A program made the position numbers and the translations under genes. Shown here one piece after another: positions 31,131 to 64,000 of a stretch of 64,000 nucleotides of DNA. This DNA is from Octopus vulgaris (taxonomy: Eukaryota). Under the pieces are notes generated by a model that worked only from the letters and a program-made list of their open reading frames with translations, was not told where the DNA came from and searched no databases. Numbering within the stretch: the stretch's first letter is position 1; the number at the start of each line of letters is the position of its first letter. The stretch spans positions 59,954,001 to 60,018,000 of the forward strand of contig OX597820.1 in the NCBI GenBank assembly GCA_951406725.2, given 5' to 3'.

Positions 31131-31499
31131 GCCGTCGTTATCCATGCTACGTCACCCACACTATCACCATGCATATGATCATTCAATCTGTTGGAAATAG
31201 CAATCCAATCTCCCTCAATTCATACTTTTCAACCCTAAAAATAATGTAGCTGTAAATTCATTACGCCGAAAAATAAGATGTGATTGCCATGGATGGAATA
31301 CATTTGCTCATAGATCTGCTTGGTCAGAACCGAGGACAAAGTTGTACATCAACAACAACCTCTGCCAGAAAATTATATCTGGTTTCTTCATAACCAGCTA
31401 TGTGGCTGTTTCGACCTCGTAGAAATAGTAGTTAAATCTTCCTCAACCCACAGGGGTTTGTCTTAGTGAAAAGAAGAATACATTAAAGAATGTCTGAAG

Positions 31500-33600
31500 A
31501 GTGGACCCCCGTATGCGGTTTAGTGTTCGACTCGACACTCTTCCGGCAGCTCCTGCAACCAAGCTGGTGCCAAACATAATGCTCTTCACTCCTTTGGACT
31601 ACGTCAGCAAAACCAAGAGAGGAATCCTGACGATTGGGCTACCCAGGATTGTCTTACATCTCGCCCAAGCCTACGCAAAACTGGAGAGTAAAGTGAAGAG
31701 GACATGAAATGTAAAAACCAGACTGGATCAGTTTATGCGCAACTTCATTGTCTCCCGAGACAAAACGATGCCAACAATGTATGTATGTATGTATGTATGT
31801 ATGTATGTATGTATGTATGTATGTATGTATGTATGTATGTATGTACGTACGTACGTACGTATATATGTATTTATATGTATCATTCAATAAAGAAGAATAA
31901 CCAGATACTATATAAAGGACTCGATGCAGACGAATGGATTGAATCATATAATTTAGTTTAAAAAGTTAAATTCTACGCATGTAGAATAATTGGCTGGATC
32001 GAAATAACCAGGAAATCCAGGACTTGCTACTTGAAAAGATATATGCCTACCAGACACCTCTTATTCGGCCATCCTGTCTTGTTAAGAAAGCAGCCTTTTG
32101 TTGTGTGTACAGCAACCTCCGGTGCAAGTTTCGAGAGATTCAGAACGTGTGGTAGACCAGCCTTGCAATAAGAACTCAGTTTTGTACTAGTATTAGAAGA
32201 CTTTTATAAAGCTCTGAAGAGTCCTTGCGAAGCGCAGACAAACAAGCATCCTTTACAGACAAGACAACCATCCTGAACTAATGGTTGGAGCATTTCTAAG
32301 CCCTTCTCAGCACCAACCGTATGGTCCGTAATTCGGTATTTTACTGCATCTTGCTACAACCGGAGGAAACACCTGGACGAGATTCAAACCATCAACGGGA
32401 CTGCCAAAGCTATAGAGCAGTTGAAAAGTTGTAAGATAGTAGGTTGATGAAATTCCAGCTGACATTTGGAAGAATGAAATCTACATTGCATACTAAGCTT
32501 CATCAGTTCATTATCTGCTTCTGGGAATAAAATCAAACTACCACTAGATCTTTGTAATGTCGTCGTTATTTTACAAGATGCATGGGGCGAAGAGACAGAT
32601 AGCTCCTACTACTGGAGTACAACACAGCTCTTCCTCGCAAGAAGAATCTTGTGTAACTCTGAAAAAGACTAGTATGTGTCATTGTGGATGAACACCTCCC
32701 AATGTGAATTCGAAGCCAACAAGAGCATCATTGACATAGCATTTGTTCTTAGTCAACTGCAAGAAAAATGCAGCGAACAGAATAAGAATCTGTTCGTGAA
32801 GTTTGCAGACCTTAGAAATGGGTTCGACAGTGAACAGGAAGGGTTTGTGAATAATTATCGAACGACTAAGCCGTCCCTCCCCAATTCTTCAGCGTGGTTC
32901 TTCAGCTATATGAGAATCAGCATGGACAAGTCAAATACAACAACAAAATCTCTAGCCCTTCGCAAAAGCAAACGATGTAAAGCTAAGCTGTATCCTCATG
33001 TCTGTTCGCTTCAGCATCTTCTTCAGTGTGATACTCGCGAGGACCACAGAAGACCTCGATGAACAGGATGGTTTTCTATTCAATATTGCACCAACGACAA
33101 CTACTTCAACTTGAGTCGACAACAATTCCACATCAAGACATTGGAAATATTCATTCAAGAAGTACTACACTTGTTCCCCACAAGAATCAGTGCATAAAAT
33201 CCTACTTCATAGAAGTTATTGAGCTCTTCGGGGTTGAAACCAGGTTAAAGAAGTCAAAAGTTCTTCACCAATCACACCTTCAGAAGATTAACGCCCTCTC
33301 TGCATCACCATCGCCAGACAAAACTAAGACAGTCCACAATTTCAACAACCTGAGGTACATCGTTTCGTCAGAGCCAAGGTCGTCAAAGAGGCTAACAATA
33401 GGTTGGCATAAGTAAAAATAGATTTTGGCAGATTTGGGAAAAGTCTGAGCATGATACATTCCAGAAGAGAGTTTCATCGCCTGCATAAGATTGTGCTGTA
33501 TGGTGAAGTGTCCACTAGCTGTCACAACGTCAATGAGGGTTACTAAAGAAACAGCAGAAAGATACTCTGGAGAAATCCTTCGTGTATGTCATGATGAATA
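31500..33600 (+). mobile_element. Highly degenerate RTE (BovB-like) LINE
   Basis: Fragments W.EHF..L, AIEQLKSCK...DEIPADIWK, SQCEF..DIAFVLSQLQEKCSEQNK.L...F.DL..FDS. Confidence 0.7.
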
Positions 33601-34401
33601 TCCTCAAGTGTCTACTATAGCATATAATCACAATGGCTCATGATATACAATTTATCAGTGTCTCTTCTTCAGGAACACACTCAGGGCTGATCTTGAGAGA
33701 AACAAAAGTGACTGAGAAAGAACTGTAAATAGTAATTCCGAGTCCAGAATAGTCTTTTCTAGCTGCTGTGGCCTAGTCTGCCTGTGTCAGGTATTGTCCT
33801 GTCAGCCACCCGTGAGCCTGCAATCTTACATGGACAGCTCTGTTCATAGATCTTTGTTCGTGAAACCAAGGCTTGTCATCCGTTTATCTCCTGCAGTAAG
33901 ACAATTCGTCGCCAGATCAATTTGTTGTCAGTATCCAACTCAGAATGCCACCAAGTTGTTTTATATTTTTTTCTCTGATCTCAGTATGCATTGTTTGTTT
34001 TAGTTTCGCTTCAAATTTCACTCTTGAGAGGGGCAATTGTTTCTTAGCTCGAAGAATCGAGTAATAGACGAATCGTTGTCGCGAGAGGTTTCCAGGGTGT
34101 TTGGGTTGGTTTTGTTTAAACACTGCAAACCAGTTTAACATTAATTTTATTCAAGAAGTCAATCCATCACCCATAAACACTTCGTTTCGAAGGCGAGATA
34201 AGTATATTGCACTGATGAGCGGGTGTCAGCCTCGTTCGCTTCTCCGTTTCGTTTCGTCTGGCTTTGAAGTACACAGTGTTTTATAACACTATACGTCCTT
34301 AAAGAAACTTCCCTCAGACGAAATACCACAGCAAGAATTTAGCAACACACAAACATTAAGTATCTAATATTGGTAATGTTTATAACTAACCATCTATCAA
34401 T

Positions 34402-34495
<94 letters not shown>

Positions 34496-34748
34496 GTTGT
34501 GTGTATGTGTGTGATGACGCGTGGATTAGTAATTAGGGTGTTGCATTCATGATCGTAAAATTGTAGTTTCTTTTCCTGGACCGGATGATGTGTTGTATTC
34601 TTGAACAAAGTACGTCATTTCACGTTGCATCAGCAGGCATAAATGAGTAATCCTGCCACGGACCAGCCCCTTGTCCAAAGGGAGAATATTGACAGAAACC
34701 GAGAAACCGACCTCGTGAGCCAATGACTCGGAAAGGACCTTTGATCCT

Positions 34749-34808
<60 letters not shown>

Positions 34809-34982
34809 TGTGTATACATAATACATAATCATATATACAGCAGCTGTCATTTAATTTGTTTATCCGCATAACTGCTTATATATATATACACATATATATC
34901 GAGAGAGAGAGAGAAAGAGAGAGAGAAACATAGATAGATTGATTGATTGATTGACAGGTAGATAGATAAACAGGCAGAAGGC

Positions 34983-35052
<70 letters not shown>

Positions 35053-35709
35053 CCATGCTAACGCAGAGTGGAAAAGTAATGTCGTTGGCAGAGATGTCTT
35101 GATAAATGCCCGGTTAGATAGAGTTGCAAGATTTTTTTAAAGGTAAGGAGAAAACCCAAATGCTGACAGAAGATATGTCTATCAATGTGCATATTTTATT
35201 TCTTTGACTCGCTTCTATGAATTATATTCCTCCACTGAATCAAAATATTTTATCTGCATGAGTAAAGTAACGCCCATAATCTTTCCATACCCACTTAGAC
35301 CAGGGCATATCTCGTCTTCAATTATAATTCCATTCACATCTAGGGAGTTTGTTGGAATATTAAAATGTTCTGTTTTATGGATTTGAAATGTAGAAAGGCA
35401 AAGTTGACCATGGCAGAATTTTGACTCAAAATGTAAAGGATTGTAATTAAATACTGCCGTTCCTTCACCGCTCTGACATTTCCGAAAATCCATCACTTAT
35501 TGTCCATTGTACAATAGACATGGGAAGTTCAGGAGACATTGACTAAAAATATTTGATGTGAAGAAAGGCTTTCCTGTGGAAAGATATATATATACGTTGA
35601 ATTGTAGAATCCGTAGAAATGACCTGTTAGGATGTATGTAACGATAGTATTTTAGTGCTTTTAAATATGACATTTTTCAATTATGAGAAGAAATTTAAGC
35701 TTCGGTCAA

Positions 35710-36445
35710 TTACATTATTTTGTTTGCGCGCGCGTATGTGTGTGTGTGTAAACCGCATTAACTAACAATTCATTTTTTAAAAAGTTAGAATTATCTCCCT
35801 TACTTAGTGAATAAATGGCTTTTATTTAGAGTTGTATCCCTTGCATAATTTTTAACTTGATTGTCTCCCTTAAATCCTTTCGCTTTTATTTTTTGCATTT
35901 ATACACATAAATTTGACATGGGCGATTCTTTCTTGTCTTGGGATTCACGGTCAAACGGCTGGGTGGAATTGCGCGAAAAATTACACAGATGTATAGAATG
36001 ATCCGGTGGTGATGATGGACTTTGTATTTTTTCATAGCTTCCATGCTTACCGAGATAATCTATTATAATAATACTCTTGTGTTTATGAACGAGGAAGGGG
36101 TAATAGATGAATAAGGAAGGAAGGAAGGGGAGATGTCATTTTTTTCACTGAGATAATCTACTATTGTGTTTATGAATGAGAAAGGAAGGTGATTGATGAA
36201 TAAGGAAGTGGTGAGCGTTTCAACTCTGTGTGAATCTATGTGTATGTAAAAGGCGTATGAATGTGTGTGCGCGAGCGCAATGGAAGTGGGTTTTTTTGTT
36301 TTTTCGTCAGTTATTTTTAGCGTTTTGACAGAAAAAAGTCATTCTAAAATTGTTAACGTAAGCGTACCCAAACAATGCTTACACAGAACAGGTTTTACAG
36401 CCACATCATCCAAACCGACCGAGTGAAACCGGGTTTAGTTACTAA
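35710..36445 (+). mobile_element. Non-autonomous Helitron-like element
   Basis: 3' hairpin ccgagtgaaaccggg followed by a degenerate CTAG end (actaat); 5' end uncertain. Confidence 0.4.
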
Positions 36446-37065
36446 TATATATATATATATATATATATAATTCTACCGTCTTGTTTGATGGGACATTATA
36501 TGTCAAAAATATTTCGTTCTTATTTGATATCTGTGAAAGATCAAAATTAACACTTTCTTGCGTTAATTACAAACCTATGAAATTTAATGATGCTTTTATC
36601 GTTTTAGAAAACATTTTGTGCTACACTTGTTCTAGACCTCATACAGAATTATTTCTCCTCATAAATCTGGAACACCATGAGAGTGACCCTCTACTCATTG
36701 ATATCTTTTTCTTTGCTACAAGTCTTCAATGGTGTAAATCCTTTTAGTAGATATGGAAAAGCCCCCTCTTGTCGAAGACTTAATTGTTCAAGTCTTTACA
36801 ACTCCTCTACGGAGACATTTGCAACATCTAGTAGCTTTCAGCCGTTCTTGTTTTCTCAAAGTCCTTACCATTTTTTTCCAGTGCCGCCTTATTATTTCTT
36901 CTTTATTATTTATTTATAATTTATTATTATTATTTATTTTAAGCTAGATGCTACAGCATCTAGCTTAAATTTAATGTTATAAGGGTGGCTCTTTTTATTT
37001 TTTAGCCATAGGTTTGAACTATACGAATTTTACGGAGTGGGAGCGCTAAGCAGTGATTAGTGAAA

Positions 37066-37296
37066 TTGCAATGTTATCAACCCGAATATGCTTGCTGAAC
37101 GTTTGAACCGAGGAACAAGCGATTCACTGTTTTGTCATGGTATATCTGGCTTGTTGACAAATGGTGTACACACCTCATTTGTATACACACCATTTATCAA
37201 CAAGTGAGATATGTTCTCCGTAACAAAACGCAGGGAGTAGCTTGTGCCCCAGTTTGAACATGCATCAAACATGCTCGAACTGATAACATTGCAATA
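37066..37296. repeat. ~230-bp palindromic MITE-like element
   Basis: attgcaatgttatca / tgataacattgcaat termini; inner arms cttgttgacaaatggtgt / acaccatttatcaacaag. Confidence 0.75.
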
Positions 37297-37476
37297 TAAG
37301 GAATTTATCATAAATAACTTTACGGGAACGCCGTGTCTCCACTTAATCTTCTTTCAAGCCAACTTTATCGTCGGTTTATTTTCTTTACGAAAATTACTCC
37401 ACAGGATAAGAATTTAGTATTTCTGGCTTGATGTTTTGTGTCGCCGCGACACAAAACTATCGTAATAGTTTTGCTT

Positions 37477-37510
<34 letters not shown>

Positions 37511-37531
37511 GTATATATAAAGCAAAACTAT

Positions 37532-37562
<31 letters not shown>

Positions 37563-38318
37563 TACAATATTTAATAAAATGATGTATCATGAAACGATCG
37601 TACCAAATTACCAAAGTTATTCTTGTTGCTTATTTTTGATTATAATCACCCCATGGATTTATATGGATAACACCATACAAAATTCTGGTGCATCTAACTT
37701 AAGTACCATATTCATTTGAATCTAAATTTTGCTGAACTTTATATATATATTATATATATATATATATGTATATTACAAACCTAAGGAATATGCTGGTTTA
37801 GGTTATGTATGCTGGGAAAGGAGGCACAGTAATATGTGATCTCACGTAACTGCCAATGAACCGTTAGCACATTTTCGATGATTTGTTCTTCCAGGGTGAT
37901 AATTTGGTTCGTTACCAACTTTTTTTTCTCCGACTATCTAGCCAACAAAGCTCAGTCTTCCATCTGTAATACAACTGTATATGACGCAGGGCAATCCTTG
38001 TGTGTGTATGGCACTCTGTCTGTTATTATGACCAGGGTCCCAGTTGATCCGATCAACAAAACAGCCGGCTTGTGAAATTAACGCGCAAGTGGCTGAATAT
38101 ATACACACACACACATCGCAAAAGTAAAAAAAAGCGCATGTTCTACACGGCAAATACGGTAAGCTTCAAATTCAAAATAAGTACTGGATCAATTAGATAA
38201 AACCTTTTAATATAGCACCACAATATATCTGGAATCTAATGGGTTAAATGAATAATATACACATGCAACAGAATACACAACATATCCGCACATAATATGT
38301 ATGTAATTTTATCCGGTA

Positions 38319-38708
38319 CTAGCAGTATCGCCCGGCGTTGCTCAGGTTTGTAAGGGAAATAACTATAAAGCATTTTTAGAGAGTTATAGCCAAAAAATAG
38401 CAAAAAAATGGAAAAAAAATGATGGTAATTTTTTTTTTGAGAGTAAAAAAAGGTTGAGTTGCGTCCCCTAGACAGGCTGTGGTTTGTTTTTTTTGATTCT
38501 CGACCCCATGTCGAATTTATCGATTTTTTTCAGAACTGGAGGAACTTTTCAAAATTTTCGCTGCGTTAGTTTTGAATTATGACATTGGGCTATGTGTGTG
38601 TCAAGTTTCATCAGAATCGGTTGAAAGCCGTGGTCAGAGTGAGGGTACAAGCAAACAGACACACAGAAACACGCACAGACAAACTGCCGTTTATATATAG
38701 AGAGAAGA
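38319..38708 (-). mobile_element. Non-autonomous Helitron
   Basis: 5' TC(TTCTCTCTATATATAA); 3' hairpin cctgagcaacgccggg then CTAG; inserted between A and T. Confidence 0.75.
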
Positions 38709-38782
38709 TAAGCAACTGAGGCAGTATTTAATTAAAATAGCTATCTATATATTATACTTAATGTACACGCATTGTCGATAGA

Positions 38783-39023
38783 CCAGTTTCTACAATATTT
38801 GTCCAGAGAAAACCTTTATGAGACTTGCTGTGTAAAAAAACACAATACATATAAGAAAAGGAGACAAATTTCGTCCCAGCAGCATTTCAATCTAGGACAT
38901 TTTCAATGGCCGAAATGCTTCTAGTGTTCTCACGGAGACGAATTTTGATCTCCCTCTATTTGTGTTTACACAGCACCTCCATAAGAGACTTTTTTTCTGT
39001 AGACAAATACAGCAGTAACTGGT
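38783..39023. repeat. ~240-bp imperfect palindromic element
   Basis: accagtt..tatttgtc.agagaaaa..tgctgtgtaaa mirrored by tttacacagca..ttttct.tagacaaata..aactggt. Confidence 0.65.
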
Positions 39024-39304
39024 TACATATACCGTTGATAGTATATATATAGATGCTATATAATTTTATGTTCATTTTCCCCGTATATTTTCACGCTACT
39101 CGTTTCAGTCTCTTATCTACTCGAGGCTTAATATTCTAAATATCAGCACTCACCGTTTTTACTTCATATCTCCCTGAGACTACTTCCTGATTGGATTGCT
39201 TAAACACTTTCAGCTCTCATTCTTCATATATATATATGCTTATGACCTTTACAATCTAAAGCCAATTCCTCTTTCCCTTTGTTCCTTTATGCCTTTCATT
39301 CTAG

Positions 39305-39655
39305 CACCATTCGAGCGTGCTTGTTACCGGCGTCACATTACTGGCACTTGTGCCGGTGGCATGTGAAAAAAAACATTCGAGCGAAGTCGTTGCCAGTGCT
39401 GCTGGACTGATTCCTGTGCAGTTGGTATATAAAAAGCCATCATTTGAGCGTGGCCGTTGCCAGTACCACCTCACTGGTCCTTGTACCAGTGGTACGTAAA
39501 AGCACCCACTACACTCTTGGAGTGGTTGGCGTTAGGAAGGGCATCCAGCTGTAGAAACTCTGCCAGATAAGATTGGAGCCTGGTTCGCCAGTCCTCAGTC
39601 AAATCGTCCAACCCATGCTAGCATGGAAAGCGGACGTTAAACGATGATGATGCTG
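39305..39655 (+). mobile_element. SINE 3' part with internal ~60-bp repeats and (GAT)n tail
   Basis: ggttggcgttaggaagggcatccagctgtagaaac...acccatgctagcatggaaagcggacgttaaacgatgatg; related copy at 51455-51655. Confidence 0.7.
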
Positions 39656-40309
39656 ATTAGTTATCTCAAGTCACTCGTGGGGAAATGAAGTGAACCAGTA
39701 AAATTGTTACAGCGAGCAAAACCCATGAAAACTCCACAAGTTATTCAATTAAAACCGTTCCTTCTAAAAATATGCATTAAGGCAATCAAATGGGTTCGAT
39801 CTTTTCTTCATTAACTGAAAATATACAGGGATGTAACTAATGAAAACATTTCATTAATAATTTTTTAAGTATTATTTATTGATATTTCCTTTTACTAATT
39901 ATAGTAAATATGATACTCAATTTCATTTGTTTGTATTCTCTGGCCTGCATATTTTATTTATTGTATTTACTTGTGTATAAGTTGCTATCCTAATTTAGAG
40001 TTATCTTGGTAGGAAAATATTTTCTCGTCATAGTTTTAGCTTTGCTCCAGGTACAAAGTTACCTCCCAGTCTTTTCAGTTAGAATCAAGTATAAAATAAT
40101 GCAACTTATAAGGGAAATGAATTAATATCATTCCTCTTAAATAATATAAAAATTCTAAGTAAAAGTATCTGGAGTATGACAAAAGATAAGTAGAAAGAGA
40201 AAATACAATTCTATTTATAGATGATCAAAACTGGCAGAATTGTTGGAGTGGTAGAATATGATTTGTGGTATTTATTTGGGTTTATTTATATTCAGAGTTC
40301 AAATCCAGC

Positions 40310-41309
40310 TGAAGTCAAAAAATATTTTATTTTTGTAAGAAATTTTTTATCAAATCAAGTTTCTGCAATATGACACAAAATGTAGGTCAGTAAGTAGTAC
40401 TATTGTATTTTTAGATGATGAATATAATTGACTTACGTTCACAATCTAAACAGCATTCAAAAATTTCATCTGAAATTTCTTACAGGATAGCAACAAACAA
40501 TCCAAAACAACAGCAATTAAATCAAAAGAAATAATTACAAACAGATGTAAACATGAATTCACTGAGGGTGGGGGAAACCAAAAAAAAAATACCAAACACA
40601 GACAAAACCTTTTCATCATTAAAAATACAAAGTGAACAACATACTCTAATTTTTTTTTTCTTTTTTAAATAGGTATTTTATTATAGCAATAACATTCGAT
40701 TTAAACATCTCAGTGCTTTGAACCGTCTTTTGTCATATACCTTTGTCATTTTAGCCTGTTGTCTGAATAAAATTGTCCATGTCTTGTCCATTTTTAAATT
40801 ATGTTTTCTGTAATATTTAGTTCACATTTTTGGTTTGTTTTTTTTTCTAAATTTTTTTCAGTGGCAGGGAGAGGAGAAAGTAGGTAGGCATTTATAAATT
40901 TTTCTCTTTACGAATAGGTGTTTTCTTGGAATATAAGATCTCCTCCCATTTATCAATAAAATGAGAGGGAAATGAGAAAATTTTCAAGTAAAAACTTCAA
41001 TGGGAAACATGTAAAAAATAAAGAAAAAAAAAGTATGAAAATTTGGATATTAGAGACATTTTGTTTTTTGTTTTTTTGTTTTTTTCCACTTTTAACTATG
41101 CAATTCTGAAATGGCCATGAAGTAACATACTTGAATAGCTCTACATTTTAACTGATAAGTGAAATGGCAAATTATTGAGAGAAGGGAATGTGAAACTAAC
41201 AAATTCAACAGCAGACATGTTGAAAGTGGTTGACAGAGGAGGAAAAAAAAAATTTTTTTTTGTTTATAAATTGTTTGGGGTGATAAAAGACTTTGCTGGA
41301 AGTAACAAT
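40310..41309 (-). other. VCP: Probable U-rich VCP 3'UTR with candidate poly(A) signals
   Basis: Repeat-free U-rich tract after the stop; AATAAA on the minus strand at 40677-40682 and 40326-40331; true end not determinable from sequence. Confidence 0.45.
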
Positions 41310-62757
<21,448 letters not shown>

Positions 62758-64000
62758 CTAAAAATCATGCAAAAAGTAAATAGAATTAAAAAGAAATAAA
62801 AACTCAAGAACTTCAAAAACATTAGACTGATATATAAGTCAGTTACAGACACAGAGGTTGAGTGCTTCTGGCATATAATCGATTCAAGTTAACAAAAAAT
62901 GGTATCTTAGTGTTTCAGCACAGCCCATTGCTCAATGTAATATGACAATAGAGAAGCCTTTATGTGGCTGCTCAAATTTAAAAAAAAGGACACACTGGAT
63001 AATGTAATCTTCAATAATACTGAGGAGGTGGGGAGGCCAAGCCTGGATCAGAAGTTTGTGGTTAAATAATGAATGTGATTGCAAGCACTAAGCAGGACAT
63101 TAACCACTTGAAACTACTGTTATTTTTTGTCTTCCACTTATAAAACACACAAACTAACCTGTACCAAACACTACCAACCTAGTTTCCCTTAATGTTAACA
63201 TACATCTGCTCAAATTAAAATATTTAAACTAGGTCATTTCTAAAGATGGAAGTTCAGTTTCTTTTAGCAAGATCTAGACATTTTAAAATAAAAATTTCTT
63301 AACTGTGACACACAGTCTAACATTTTGAGGCTTATATTGTGGATGAGGGAAGTGAATCAAACTAGTTCCTAATTCGTGCTTATTTTATGAACTTCAGGAT
63401 ATCTCAAATCTCATCTTTAAAAAAAAAAAAAAACATTTGATAAAAGTCCTACTGACATCATGTGTGAAAAGGGAAATGAAGTGATTATAGGTCTGCATAA
63501 TCAAGGTTGGTTTGGGGCTAAAGTGCTCACCTAATACTGCTATGTATTGCTCATGTTATAAAGTGGCAGGTAGAATCGAAAGAGCACTAGATTAAATCCC
63601 TTCGTTTTGAGATAATATCTGAGGAGTTAACCTTATCTTTCATTCTGCTAGGAAAGATAAAAAAAAAAAAAAACAGTGCTGAGTCTAATCTGTACCTACC
63701 AATAAAATTGTAACCTTGTGGTAATGCTAGATATCAATCACCTTGGATGTCTTCAACTATAGCTATCAGCTGACCAGAGCCTCGTATGTGGTTTTGATAG
63801 AGAATCTGAAAGCCTGGTGTGCGCATGTGTATACACTTACATCTTATCTCAACATTGCATGGTAGTTGTAAAAAGTGCTGCCATCATGCAAGCTGTGTGC
63901 ATTTCTAATCTTCAATGAAAACATGGGGAAATATTACCTTACTTGGAAACTGGCAAGAGTCGGTAACAAGAAGGGCATCATCTGGCCATAGAAAATATAC

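Noticed and set aside
62758-64000. VCP exons 1-2 or promoter
   Set aside because: No match to the conserved N-terminal peptide (TAIL..K..PNRL.V) was found, so this stretch is treated as intron.

Overview
AT-rich metazoan genomic DNA, most likely an octopus or other coleoid cephalopod. That assignment is inferred from the extreme microsatellite load and the SINE/LINE repertoire, not proven. The window has two halves. About 1-39 kb is gene-free and filled with microsatellites and transposon debris: Penelope-like elements with hammerhead motifs, R4/Dong-like, RTE and L1/Tx1-like LINEs, AcademX, hAT, Helitron-like elements and SINEs. It also holds a foreign-looking CpG-rich repeat block at 7.2-8.2 kb and several long palindromes. 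About 40-64 kb holds 17 GT-AG coding exons (763 codons plus stop) of a minus-strand VCP/p97/CDC48 AAA+ ATPase gene; its first ~43 codons lie beyond the window end. Its introns contain piggyBac, hAT, Helitron-like, Penelope and RTE insertions. The catalytic motifs are intact, but the protein is unusually divergent at several conserved residues, some of which A-to-I editing could restore. Most entries in the ORF track are microsatellite artefacts. Comparisons to human VCP are from recalled sequence and should be confirmed by alignment.
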